A stretch of 64,000 nt of DNA, taken from the NCBI GenBank assembly GCA_036803045.1, contig DAIRVA010000001.1:833-64832 (forward strand). Direction: 5' to 3'. The DNA comes from Lysobacter sp. Its GTDB lineage: Bacteria; Pseudomonadota; Gammaproteobacteria; Xanthomonadales; Xanthomonadaceae. The position numbers and the translations under genes were made by a program. Shown here in pieces: positions 33,706-43,481 of this stretch (the stretch's first letter is position 1; every line of letters begins with the position of its first letter). The notes under the pieces are model-generated. The model was given only the letters and a program-made list of their open reading frames with translations, ran no database searches and had not been told where the DNA came from.

Positions 33706-34419
33706 TCACCATTCTGCCCGCCGCGGCAGCAATGCGTGCAACTCGGCATCGGTGAGGTTGCGCCACTGCCCAGGCTTGAGGTGTCCAAGCTTGACGCCGC
33801 CGATCCGCACCCGCACCAGCTGTTTCACCCGATAACCGAAATGCGCCGCCATCAGACGGATCTGGCGGTTCAGGCCCTGCACCAGCACGATGCGGAAGCC
33901 GTACGGACCCAGCTTGCCGGTCTTGCAGGGCAGCGTGGTCTGGCCGTGTACCGGCACGCCCCGGCTCATCCCGCGCAGGAAGGATTCGTCGACGCGGTGG
34001 TTCACCGCGACCAGGTACTCCTTCTCCAGCTTGTTTTCAGCGCGCAACACCTCGTTGACGATGTCGCCGTTGCTGGTGAGCAGGATCAGGCCCTCGGAAT
34101 CCTTGTCCAATCGGCCGATGGGGAAGATGCGTTGCTCGTGGTCGACGAAATCGACGATGTTGTCCTTCACGCCCGGCTCGGTGGTGCAGTTGACACCAAC
34201 CGGCTTGTTCAGCGCGATGTAGACATGGCGGCGCTTGCCTGCGACAGCGGTTCGCGCGGCCAGTTTCTCGCCGTCGATGGCGACGCTGCCGCCTTCCGCC
34301 AGCTCCGTGCCGATGCGCGCGCGTTCGCCGTTGACGGCCACGCGGCCGGCGGCGATCAGCCGATCGGCCTCGCGGCGCGAGCAGAAGCCGCTGTCGGCGA
34401 TGAACTTGTTGAGGCGCAT
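33706..34419 (-). CDS. rluF: 23S rRNA pseudouridine synthase, RluF/RsuA family
   Basis: S4 domain MRLNKFIA.SG.CSRREAD; GRLDKDSEGL catalytic Asp; QGLNRQIR. Confidence 0.85.
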   Translation of the reverse strand: MRLNKFIADSGFCSRREADRLIAAGRVAVNGERARIGTELAEGGSVAIDGEKLAARTAVAGKRRHVYIALNKPVGVNCTTEPGVKDNIVDFVDHEQRIFPIGRLDKDSEGLILLTSNGDIVNEVLRAENKLEKEYLVAVNHRVDESFLRGMSRGVPVHGQTTLPCKTGKLGPYGFRIVLVQGLNRQIRLMAAHFGYRVKQLVRVRIGGVKLGHLKPGQWRNLTDAELHALLPRRAEW

Positions 34420-34550
34420 GGCGGGGCACGGCGGGACGGGAGCGCATTCTCCCATGCCGATGGCGGCTTGCGGCGCGTGCGGGCTGCCAGCCCCGGCGGG
34501 AACGGGCTGCGCAAGGCGGCCCGTCCGTTCCGGACTTCATCCGATGCCGA

Positions 34551-36668
34551 TCACCAGATGCGGACGCGGTCTTCCGGCTTGACGTAGAGCTTGTCGCCCG
34601 GCTTCACGCCGAACGCGTCGTACCAGGCGTCGATGTTGCGCAACGGCGCGAACGCACGGATCTGGCCCGGCGAGTGCGGGCCGTTCACCAATTGCTGGCG
34701 CAGGGCATCGTCGCGCCACAGCGTGCGCCAGACCTGCGCCCAGCCCAGGAACAGCCGCTGCTCGCCGCTGAAGCCGTCGATCACCGGCGCCGGCTTGCCG
34801 GCCAGTGAGCGTCGATAGGCTTCCAGCGCGATGGTCAGGCCGCCGAGATCGCCGATGTTCTCGCCCATCGCGACCTTGCCGTTGATGTGCATGCCCGGCA
34901 GCTGCGGGAAATCGTAGCTCTCGTATTGCGCGCCTAACCTGGCCGCCTGCACCTCGAACTTGGCGGCGTCTTCCTTCGTCCACCAGTCGCGCAGCACGCC
35001 CTTGCCGTCGGACTTGCGGCCCTGGTCGTCGAAGCCGTGGATGATCTCGTGGCCGATGACGCCGCCGATCGAGCCGTAGTTGACCGCATCGTCCGCATTG
35101 GGATCGAAGAACGGCGGCTGCAGGATCGCCGCCGGGAACACGATCTCGTTCTTCACCGAGTTGTAATAGGCGTTCACCGTCTGCGGGGTCATGCCCCACT
35201 CCAGCTTGTCGACCTGCTTGCCGAGGCGATTGCGGCGGTAATCCCATTCGAAGGCGCGGGCGCGCAGCGCGTTGCCGATCACGTCGCCGTTGCGGATCTC
35301 GAGCCCGGAATAATCGCGCCACTTGTCGGGGTAACCGATCTTGAGACCGAAGCCCTGCAGCTTGGCGAAGGCTTCGCGTTTGGTTTCCGGACCCATCCAC
35401 TCGAGCTTTTCCAGGCGCGCACGCAGGGCCGCCTTCACGTTGGCGACCAGCACGTCCATCTTGGCCCTGGCTTCGGCCGGGAAGTAGAGCCCGACGTAGT
35501 CGCGGCCGATGGCCTCGCCCATCGTCGATTCCGCCAGGGCGACGCCGCGCTTCCAGCGGTCGCGCTGCTCGGGCTGGCCGGACATGAACTTGTCGCGGAA
35601 CCCGAAGCGCGCATCGACGAACGGCTTGGACAGCAGCGGCGCGGCCTCGTCGATCACCTGGAACGCGGCCCAGGCCTTGAGCGTATCCAGCGAAGTGTCG
35701 TTGAAGATGGCCGCCAGCCCGGGGATCGCGGTGTTCTGGCGCATGATGACCACCGGCGATTGCGCGACGCCCGCCCCCTTGAAGTAATCGCCCCACGCAA
35801 AGCCCGGCGCGAACGCATCAAGCCTGTCCATCTCCAGCGGGTTGTAGGTCTTGTCGCGATCGCGGCTTTCGGCGCGCGTCCAGTGCGCCTCGGCGATGCG
35901 CGTCTCCATCGCCATGATCGCCGCCGCCTGCTGCGCCGGCTCCGGCCAGCCGATCATGCCCAGCATCTGCGCGACGTACTGCTGGTAGCGCTCGCGCTGC
36001 GGGGCGAACTTGGCATCCAGATACATCTGCCGGTCGCCCAGGCCCAGGCCCGACTGGCTGAGGTAGAGCGTGTAACGGTCCGGGTCGCGCTGGTCGTCGC
36101 TGACGCCCACAGCGAAGAAGCTGCCGCCGAATTGCGCGTTGGTCCGGCCCATCAGCGCGGCCATGGCGGGCTTGTCCTTGATCGCGCGGATGGCGTCCAG
36201 TTCCGGCTCGAGCGGGGCGAGGCCCAGCTTGTCGATCGCCGCCTCGTCCATGAAGCTGCGGTACACCGCCGCGATCTTCGCGGCATCGCCGCCGGTGGCC
36301 GGGTTGCCGGGCGCATAGGCCTCGACCAGCTTGCGCACGCGCGCTTCGGACAGGTCGCGCAGGCCGTTGAATACGCCGTAATTGGAGCGGTCGGCCGGAA
36401 TCTGCGTGCGTTTCGCCCAACCGCCGTTGGCGTACTCGAAGAAATCGTCGCCCGGCCGGGCCTGGCGGTTCATGCCGGAGGCATCGAAGCCCCAGCGTCC
36501 GAAACGCGGGGCCTCGATCCGTTCGCCGCCACCGGCCTGCCCGTCGGCGAAAACGGCGGTCGGAGCACAGGTGCCGCCGTCTTCGCAGGGTTGCCGCGCG
36601 GGAGCGGTGATCGAAGCGGCCGCCACTGCCATGGCGAGGGCGGTGCGGGTCAAGGGACGAACGATCAT
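34551..36668 (-). CDS. M13 family metallopeptidase
   Basis: PGDDFF.YANG.W, VNAYY, GHEIIHGFDDQG, GENIGDLGG. Confidence 0.93.
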   Translation of the reverse strand: MIVRPLTRTALAMAVAAASITAPARQPCEDGGTCAPTAVFADGQAGGGERIEAPRFGRWGFDASGMNRQARPGDDFFEYANGGWAKRTQIPADRSNYGVFNGLRDLSEARVRKLVEAYAPGNPATGGDAAKIAAVYRSFMDEAAIDKLGLAPLEPELDAIRAIKDKPAMAALMGRTNAQFGGSFFAVGVSDDQRDPDRYTLYLSQSGLGLGDRQMYLDAKFAPQRERYQQYVAQMLGMIGWPEPAQQAAAIMAMETRIAEAHWTRAESRDRDKTYNPLEMDRLDAFAPGFAWGDYFKGAGVAQSPVVIMRQNTAIPGLAAIFNDTSLDTLKAWAAFQVIDEAAPLLSKPFVDARFGFRDKFMSGQPEQRDRWKRGVALAESTMGEAIGRDYVGLYFPAEARAKMDVLVANVKAALRARLEKLEWMGPETKREAFAKLQGFGLKIGYPDKWRDYSGLEIRNGDVIGNALRARAFEWDYRRNRLGKQVDKLEWGMTPQTVNAYYNSVKNEIVFPAAILQPPFFDPNADDAVNYGSIGGVIGHEIIHGFDDQGRKSDGKGVLRDWWTKEDAAKFEVQAARLGAQYESYDFPQLPGMHINGKVAMGENIGDLGGLTIALEAYRRSLAGKPAPVIDGFSGEQRLFLGWAQVWRTLWRDDALRQQLVNGPHSPGQIRAFAPLRNIDAWYDAFGVKPGDKLYVKPEDRVRIW

Positions 36669-36806
36669 GATGTCTCCGATGGCGTGCGCGTGCGGTCGAT
36701 TCCGGAGTCTAACCGCTGGCTGTCCGCCGCACTCCGGGCTTTCTCCGTTCAGCCGCATGACCAACGGCAGGGCCTGTCCAATACCCTCTTGGCCTACCCT
36801 GTATGC

Positions 36807-38189
36807 ATGAAGACACCCTTTGTTTCCCGCATCCTGCTGTTCGCCTGCCTGACCGCACTCGCCACGGCGGCGGCCAAGGAGCCGCCGCGGCCCTCGATCG
36901 ACCCGGCGCTGTCCCTTGCGACCTTCGACGCCGCCTGGCGGCTGGTCGATGAAAGTCCGTACGATGTCCGCGGCAAGGGCGTCGACTGGGACGCGGTGCG
37001 CGAGCGGCACCGTCCCGAGGCCGCCAAGGCCCGCGATGTGCAGGCGCTGCGGCGGAGCATCCTCGCCATGCTGCAGGAAATCGGCGAATCCCATTTCACC
37101 CTGATCCCGGCTTCCGTCGGCGAACTGGCCGCCGGCGGGAGCGCGGATGCCGAACCCCCGGCCAGCCCGCGCCCACGCGAAACCGGGATGCGGGCAGCGC
37201 TGGTGGACGGTCGCGCGACCGTGCTAACGGTGCGTGGCGACTCGCCGGCCGGCCGCCAGGGCATCCGGCCGGGCTGGACGATCGAATCCATCGACGGACG
37301 GCCGGTATCCGCGGTCCTCAACGAAATCGCCCGCATGCAGGACGACACCTTGCGCCGCGCCGCGATGCTGCAGGTGGACGGGGCGCTGCGCTCGCGGCTG
37401 GAGGCCTCCGTCATGGCCCGGACGGTCGCGCTGGGCCTGCGCGACGGCGGCGGGCAGCTGCACGAATTCGAGCTGGCGCCGGAACCCGCGCCCGGCACCC
37501 CGGTCAACATGCCCATGCTTCCTCCACTGGTGTTCGATCTCGCGCATGAGCGCCTGCCGCTGGCGGACGGCGGTTGCATCGGCGTGATCCGCTTCAACCT
37601 GTGGGCGCCCGCGCTTGCCCAGGCCTTCCCCGGCGCGCTGGACGAGGTGCGCCAATGCCGCGGCCTGGTCATCGACCTGCGCGGCAATCCGGGCGGCGTG
37701 ATCGGCACTGCGATGGGCGTCGGGGGGTATCTCGTCGACAGTCCCACGCCGCTGGGCTACATCAACGCCGGCGGCAGCAGCGCGCGCCTGCCGGCGCTGC
37801 CGCGCCGGGTCAGCGACGCCGGCCAGCTGCTCAGCCCCTATGACGGTGCGCTTGCGCTGATCGTCGACGGCGGATCGGCCAGCACCTCCGAAGTCTTCGT
37901 TTCCGGCCTGCAGGCCGCGCATCGCGCGCGCATTTTCGGCACCCGCTCCGCCGGCATGGCCCTGCCCTCGGTCGCCAAGACGCTGCCCAATGGCGACCGC
38001 CTGATGTACGCCATCGCCGACCTGACCGCACCCAACGGCGAACGGCTCGAAGGTCGCGGCATCCAGCCCGACCAACCGACGCCGCCAACCGCGGCCGCCC
38101 TCCTCGCCGGCCGCGACAATGCGCTCGATGCGGCGCGCCGCTGGATCGCCGACACTCCTCACGTCTCCCGCAAGGAACCCGCCCGATGA
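36807..38189 (+). CDS. S41 family peptidase with PDZ domain
   Basis: Signal peptide; SHF, PDZ-like SPA...GIRPG, IDLRGNPGG, SASTSE, LEGRGIQPD. Confidence 0.88.
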   Translation: MKTPFVSRILLFACLTALATAAAKEPPRPSIDPALSLATFDAAWRLVDESPYDVRGKGVDWDAVRERHRPEAAKARDVQALRRSILAMLQEIGESHFTLIPASVGELAAGGSADAEPPASPRPRETGMRAALVDGRATVLTVRGDSPAGRQGIRPGWTIESIDGRPVSAVLNEIARMQDDTLRRAAMLQVDGALRSRLEASVMARTVALGLRDGGGQLHEFELAPEPAPGTPVNMPMLPPLVFDLAHERLPLADGGCIGVIRFNLWAPALAQAFPGALDEVRQCRGLVIDLRGNPGGVIGTAMGVGGYLVDSPTPLGYINAGGSSARLPALPRRVSDAGQLLSPYDGALALIVDGGSASTSEVFVSGLQAAHRARIFGTRSAGMALPSVAKTLPNGDRLMYAIADLTAPNGERLEGRGIQPDQPTPPTAAALLAGRDNALDAARRWIADTPHVSRKEPAR

Positions 38190-38989
38190 AAACCCTTCCC
38201 CGCCACGCCCTGCTCGCCGCCGCGCTCGCACTGGCGATCCCCGCCGCTGCACGGCCGGTGCCGCAAGCCGCGGAGAAACCCGCACACGCCGCGCAGGATG
38301 CCGAGAAGCTGCCCGACGCGCGTACGCTGGTGGATCGCCACATCGCCGCCTCCGGCGGGCTGGACAAGCTCGAGAAGAGCGCGCAGGGCACGATGAAAGG
38401 CAGCTTCTCCATGCCGGCCGCCAACATGACCGCGCCGATGGTCGTGTGGGCCATGGCGCCGGACCGGATGGCGACCCAAATCGAGTTGCCCGGCATGGGC
38501 GTGATCCAGAGCGGGATCAAGGACGGGATCGTCTGGGCGCTGGATCCGTTCCAGGGGCCGCGCATTCTGGATGGCGTGGAACGGGCACAGCAGATCGAAT
38601 CGCTCCACCCCGATGCCACTCGCCGCCTGCCCCGCTTCGTCTCGCGCATGGCCACCCAGGGGTTCGCGGAATTCGACGGCAAGCGCTGCTACAAGGTCGA
38701 GATCGAGTGGAAATCCGGGCGCAAGAGCTGGGACTGCTACGGCGTGGATGATGGCCTGATGCTGGCCAGCGGCGGCAAGCAGAAATCGCCGATGGGTGAT
38801 CTCGAAATGGTCAGCGTGATCAAGGAATACCGCGATTTCGACGGCATGAAGATGCCGGCCGTCACCGAAGTCACCAGCATGGGCCAGAAGCAGGTGATCC
38901 GCATCGACAGCTTCGACTCCGCCACCCCGGACGCCTCCGCGTTCGATCTGCCGCCGGCCATCCAGGCGCTGGCCGCGCAGAAACCCTGA
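38186..38989 (+). CDS. Secreted hypothetical protein (possible LolA-like fold)
   Basis: Signal peptide; ATGA overlap with the S41 gene; IAASGG.DKL...YRDFDG.KMP pattern. Confidence 0.65.
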   Translation: MKTLPRHALLAAALALAIPAAARPVPQAAEKPAHAAQDAEKLPDARTLVDRHIAASGGLDKLEKSAQGTMKGSFSMPAANMTAPMVVWAMAPDRMATQIELPGMGVIQSGIKDGIVWALDPFQGPRILDGVERAQQIESLHPDATRRLPRFVSRMATQGFAEFDGKRCYKVEIEWKSGRKSWDCYGVDDGLMLASGGKQKSPMGDLEMVSVIKEYRDFDGMKMPAVTEVTSMGQKQVIRIDSFDSATPDASAFDLPPAIQALAAQKP

Positions 38990-39058
38990 CCGCCGCATGC
39001 GGGCGGCCGTACATCGGCCGCTCGCATGCCATCCCATCCCGCGCCGCAGGAGTCCGCC

Positions 39059-39610
39059 ATGAAACACACGCCGTTCGCCGCCATCGCCTTCGTCCTGTCC
39101 TCGCTGCTGGCCTTCCCGGCCTCGGCCGCGCTCAAGGTCGGCGCCAAGGCACCCGATTTCAGCGCGCCTGCCTATCTCGCCGGCAAGGGTTTCGTGTTCA
39201 AGCTTTCGGATGCGTTGAAGAAAGGGCCGGTCGTGGTCTATTTCTTCCCGGCGGCGTATACGTCGGGATGCAACATCGAAGCCCATCTGTTCTCGCAGTC
39301 GATCGACGAATTCCGCAAGGCCGGCGCCAGCGTGATCGGCGTGACCGCGGGCAACACCGACCAGTTGGCGAAGTTCTCCGCCGACAACGAAGTCTGCAGC
39401 GGCAAGTTCCCGGTCGCCGCCGATGCCGGCGCCGGCATCGCCAAGCAATACGACGCCGTGCTCGCGCTGAAGCCGTCGTGGTCGTCGCGCATCTCCTACG
39501 TGATCGCGCCGGACGGGACCATCCGCCACGTGCATGACGCGATGAAGCCCGACGGCCATGTCAAGGAAACGCTGGCGGCGGTCAGGGCGATGCAGCGCGG
39601 CGGAAAGTGA
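39059..39610 (+). CDS. Secreted peroxiredoxin (BCP/PrxQ-like)
   Basis: Signal peptide; G.KAPDF, YFFPAAYTSGC..EA; RBS AGGAG. Confidence 0.88.
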   Translation: MKHTPFAAIAFVLSSLLAFPASAALKVGAKAPDFSAPAYLAGKGFVFKLSDALKKGPVVVYFFPAAYTSGCNIEAHLFSQSIDEFRKAGASVIGVTAGNTDQLAKFSADNEVCSGKFPVAADAGAGIAKQYDAVLALKPSWSSRISYVIAPDGTIRHVHDAMKPDGHVKETLAAVRAMQRGGK

Positions 39611-39673
39611 GTCGCGCGGGTCCGGCAGTGCCCGTGCGCTGAGCGGAAGCCGCATCCGGGCCGGCGCGCGCGG

Positions 39674-40354
39674 TCACATCTCGGGCGTGCTGTCCCTGAT
39701 GATGTCCATCGCTTCGTCGGAAGTTTTCGTCGCGGCACCGACTTTGTTCGCGGTCTGTTGCCGCCGCCAGGTTTCGGGCAGGGCATCCATCTTCCGCCGG
39801 TCCTGGAACATCGCGCGATCCTCGCCCTGCAATTGGCAGTTGCGGCTCAGGGTCTGCATTCCGCCATGGCTCCGCGCGGCAGCGTCCTGCAGGTTCACCA
39901 CCACCGCAAGCGTATCGCCCAACGGCTGCAAGCCAATGCATATCCTGTCGATCATCGTTTGATCGAGCATTTTCGCACCCCCTACCCTGACCAGCAGGTT
40001 GCTGCGATCCACCCAGGCAACCGAACGGACGCCATCGATCCCGCGCACGATGCCCCGGGCACGCTCCCTATCGATCGGACGCGACATGTCCGGCAGCTTG
40101 ACAGCCCGCCGGTTTTCCTCGTTTATCGCCTCCAGCTGGGTACGCACCCCGGCTTCGTCGCCCATCATGGCCGAACCCCGGGCCAAGGCGATACGCGCCG
40201 CGATCCGCTGCGGGTTCATGGGCTGGCCCGATCGCTCGAGGCGTGGTTCCTCGCCATCCGCCTGTGCTTGCGAGGATGTAGCCGTCCCGGTGCACCCGCC
40301 CAATGCCAGGGCGACACCACCGCACCAGCAGAGATTGTGGATGACTGCAGCCAT
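39674..40354 (-). CDS. Hypothetical lipoprotein
   Basis: Possible lipobox LGGC; coherent ORF filling the gap. Confidence 0.6.
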   Translation of the reverse strand: MAAVIHNLCWCGGVALALGGCTGTATSSQAQADGEEPRLERSGQPMNPQRIAARIALARGSAMMGDEAGVRTQLEAINEENRRAVKLPDMSRPIDRERARGIVRGIDGVRSVAWVDRSNLLVRVGGAKMLDQTMIDRICIGLQPLGDTLAVVVNLQDAAARSHGGMQTLSRNCQLQGEDRAMFQDRRKMDALPETWRRQQTANKVGAATKTSDEAMDIIRDSTPEM

Positions 40355-40383
40355 GGTGCCGCTATCCGAGCATGGCGAATCGT

Positions 40384-41310
40384 TCAACCCGCATGTTCCA
40401 ACGCATATGCGATCCCCGCACGCACCGCGGCCACCTGCGCCCGGTTGCATTGCTCGGGCGTGGCGCGCGGGCTGTCGGGATAGACCTCGGTGGTGGTGAC
40501 GAAGCGCGCATCGGTCATGCCCACGCACAGCCCGAGGCCCTTGCAGTCGTATTCGATGACGCCAGGCGCGACCACCGGCGAGCCGATGATCGTGCCGTCC
40601 GGATCGGCCGGGGCGATGTGGGTTACCTGCGCCACGGCATCGATCATCCCGCGCTGGAAACCGGGGCTGGGCCGACGGCTGTCGTCGACGAGGTAGAAGC
40701 CGTCCGGGATGGTGCCCGGCACGAATGGCTTGCCGTCGCGCGCCGCGAGCGCGGGGCGGAATTCCTCTTCGTCGCTGTCGGTGGTCTCGTGCAGGTCGAT
40801 GTGCACCAGCACCCGATCCTGGAACGGTGCGACGAACGCCATCAGCGCGGCCGCTTCCGGCGCGGGGCTGTCCTCGATGAAATTGCGGTTTGGATCCAGC
40901 GCCAGTGCGTTCCAGCGCTGGATGCGCTCGTAGCCCCACGGGCTCACGCAAGGCGCGATCAGCAGGTTGATGCGGCCGGCATGCTCCCGTGCATGCCCCT
41001 CGACGAACGCCAGCGCACCGTGGACGCCGCTGGTCTCATAACCGTGCACGCCGCCGGTCACCAGCGCAATCGGCAAGGCGCCGTCCCAGTCCAGCGATTT
41101 CAGCGCGAACAACGGGAACGTGCCGTCCTCGCCGTAGTCCAGTTCGCCATAGCGGACCACCTCGAACGCATCGCGCTGCGATTCGATCCGCGGCAGCACA
41201 TCGGCGGCGTAGCTGCGGCTCGGGCGCTGGCGCCGGCGCCATTCGGTGCGCTCTGCCGCCCCCCAGGAAACGCCGGGCGTACCGATGGGAAAGGAATGCT
41301 GGAGGCTCAT
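40384..41310 (-). CDS. M14-like metallocarboxypeptidase (AstE/AspA-like)
   Basis: GGVHGYETSG, DPNRNF, IDLHET, TTTEVYPD. Confidence 0.85.
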   Translation of the reverse strand: MSLQHSFPIGTPGVSWGAAERTEWRRRQRPSRSYAADVLPRIESQRDAFEVVRYGELDYGEDGTFPLFALKSLDWDGALPIALVTGGVHGYETSGVHGALAFVEGHAREHAGRINLLIAPCVSPWGYERIQRWNALALDPNRNFIEDSPAPEAAALMAFVAPFQDRVLVHIDLHETTDSDEEEFRPALAARDGKPFVPGTIPDGFYLVDDSRRPSPGFQRGMIDAVAQVTHIAPADPDGTIIGSPVVAPGVIEYDCKGLGLCVGMTDARFVTTTEVYPDSPRATPEQCNRAQVAAVRAGIAYALEHAG

Positions 41311-41391
41311 GTCGAATGCGTGCATGGGTTCGACGCACTCTAGCATCCCGGTTTTCCGCCGCTGCAGCATGCCCGCTGCGTGCCGGAAAGC

Positions 41392-41988
41392 TCAGGGCGG
41401 ACGGCTGTACGCCACGCGATCTTCCAGACTCAACACCGCCGGCGTGCGCACCGGTTGGCCAACCGCATCGAAGAACGGCGAATCCCGGCCATCGCGGCCG
41501 CCCATCTTCTCGCGGAGGATGCCCAGCCCGATCCGCATCCCGCCCAGCAGGAAGCGCAGTCGTGCACGCTTGACCGGATGGAGCGCCGATTCCGGGAAGA
41601 TCATCACCGCATCGCGCGGCCCGAACGCGGCTTCCAGTTCGGATTCCGAGGCAGCCATGCAGGCCACCGGCACGCCAACGTACGGCAACGACGAGGCCCG
41701 CGCCGTGTTGGCCAACGGCGTCCGGCAACACGCCGCGTACCAACGCAGCAGTCCCTTCGGGCCCAGCGACATGCAGGCGACATGGGCCATCCCCTCGAGG
41801 ATGCGCACGCCGGCCGGCGCCATCGGCACGATGTCGGTGCCGCCGTTGTCGTCCATCAGGCCCGGCTTGCCCAGGAAGCGCGCATAGGCCTGGCAATCCT
41901 TGCAATGGCAGGTGCCGCGGGCGTAACCGCGGATGACGTCGACTTCGCCACGCACCTGGCCGCATTCGCAACGCAACGGAATCGTCAT
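41392..41988 (-). CDS. GFA-like zinc-binding protein (DUF6151-like)
   Basis: LRCECG, CHCKDCQAYA, LLRWYAACCRTP. Confidence 0.75.
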   Translation of the reverse strand: MTIPLRCECGQVRGEVDVIRGYARGTCHCKDCQAYARFLGKPGLMDDNGGTDIVPMAPAGVRILEGMAHVACMSLGPKGLLRWYAACCRTPLANTARASSLPYVGVPVACMAASESELEAAFGPRDAVMIFPESALHPVKRARLRFLLGGMRIGLGILREKMGGRDGRDSPFFDAVGQPVRTPAVLSLEDRVAYSRPP

Positions 41989-42063
41989 CGCCCACCCCCC
42001 TGGCGCCCCGGCCAATCATCCCCCCGGCAGGCGTGCGCTGCAACGATGGCCACGACCATGCAC

Positions 42064-43353
42064 TCAGCGAGCGCCGTGCTGGGTCCGCCAACGCTGGAAC
42101 ACGTACAACCCGGTACCGACCAGTACGAAGGCCGCAGTCAGCAGCATGGCTTCCCGGCCCACGTTGAACAGCAGCCACACGCAGGCGGCGATCCCGAGCG
42201 CCGGGAACAGCGACCCCAGAGGCAACTCGAAGCGGGCCCGTTCCGCCTGGCGCGGACGCAGCACCGGCACCGCCGCGCAAGTCAGGATGTAGAGCAGCAG
42301 CCGCGTCAGCACGCTGGCTGCAGCCAACCACAGAAACGAACCGAACGCCGCCATCGCGAACGACAGCACGCCGTAGAAGACGATGGAGTTGGCCGGCGTC
42401 AGGAACCGCGGATGCACGCGTGCGAACCACGATGGCAAGCGACCGTCCAGGCCCAGCGAATACGACAGCCGCGGCGTGGTGAACGTGGTGCCGACCAGGT
42501 TGCCGCCCACCGAGGCCACCACGCCCATCATCAAAACACCCGCCCCGACCGGCCCGAACAGCATCGCGGCCACGTCCAGCAAGGGCGTTCCGGAATTGGC
42601 GATGCCGGGAACCGTAGCCATGCTGACCATCTGGATCAACACGTAGAGCAGCGCGACCCCGGCCAGCCCGAGCAGCAGGCCACGCGGCATGTCCCGGGCA
42701 GGGTCGCGTGCCTCGCCCGCGGGCACCACCGCCTGCTCGAATCCGACGTAGGCATAGATCAGCAGCACGATCGCCGCACCCAGGTCGCTGCCCGCTGCCG
42801 GCGAAAGCGAAACCTGCCGCATTGCCCCACCGCCGTGGAGTGCAAGGCCGGCCACCACCAACCCGACCAGCACCGCGAACTTCAACACCGTCAGCACGGC
42901 CAGCGATCGCACTGCCCGCACCGTGCCGACCACGTTCACCAGCGTGAGGCCGCCGCAGATCGACGCGAGCAGCAGGATGCGCATCGCGCCCTCGCCCGCC
43001 GCGGGCCAGAAGTAGGCAATGCTGTCGACCATCAGCACGCTGTTCGCGGAAAAAGCGATGGCCCGGGCCACGTAGAACAGCCAACCAGCCTGGAAACCCA
43101 TGAACGGCCCGAATGCCTCGGTGGCGTAGAGCGCGGGACCGCCGGTATTGCGGAACCGGCTGGCGAGTTCGGCGAAGCACAGCAGGACCGGCAGGATCAG
43201 CAGGGCACACAACACGAATACCATCGGGCTGAAATCCCCCGCGAGTTTCGCCGCACCGCTGGGCAGGCCGAAGATGCCCGCCCCGATCATCCCGTTCACC
43301 GCCAGCAGCCAGATCGCCCAGACGCCCAGGTTGCGCGGAAGTTTTTCCCGCAT
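42064..43353 (-). CDS. APC family amino acid permease
   Basis: GMIGAGIF, FAELAS...GG, YVGFE; about 12 TM helices. Confidence 0.9.
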   Translation of the reverse strand: MREKLPRNLGVWAIWLLAVNGMIGAGIFGLPSGAAKLAGDFSPMVFVLCALLILPVLLCFAELASRFRNTGGPALYATEAFGPFMGFQAGWLFYVARAIAFSANSVLMVDSIAYFWPAAGEGAMRILLLASICGGLTLVNVVGTVRAVRSLAVLTVLKFAVLVGLVVAGLALHGGGAMRQVSLSPAAGSDLGAAIVLLIYAYVGFEQAVVPAGEARDPARDMPRGLLLGLAGVALLYVLIQMVSMATVPGIANSGTPLLDVAAMLFGPVGAGVLMMGVVASVGGNLVGTTFTTPRLSYSLGLDGRLPSWFARVHPRFLTPANSIVFYGVLSFAMAAFGSFLWLAAASVLTRLLLYILTCAAVPVLRPRQAERARFELPLGSLFPALGIAACVWLLFNVGREAMLLTAAFVLVGTGLYVFQRWRTQHGAR

Positions 43354-43426
43354 GTCGCCTACGGTCATGCCGCTTGCACGGATCGATTCATGCCGGCCCC
43401 ATCCATGGAACCCCAGCACGGGAGAA

Positions 43427-43454
43427 GGCCGCCCGCATTGCAATGCGGGCGGCC
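43427..43454 (-). terminator. Perfect 28-bp palindrome downstream of the PQQ dehydrogenase
   Basis: ggccgcccgcattg|caatgcgggcggcc; 27 bp after the stop; weak U-tract. Confidence 0.5.
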
Positions 43455-43481
43455 CATGGCGCTTTCCTTCACCCGGCACAC

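Noticed and set aside
35037..38189. 1050-aa plus-strand ORF
   Set aside because: The first ~590 codons are antisense to the M13 peptidase; the real S41 gene starts near 36807 with a signal peptide
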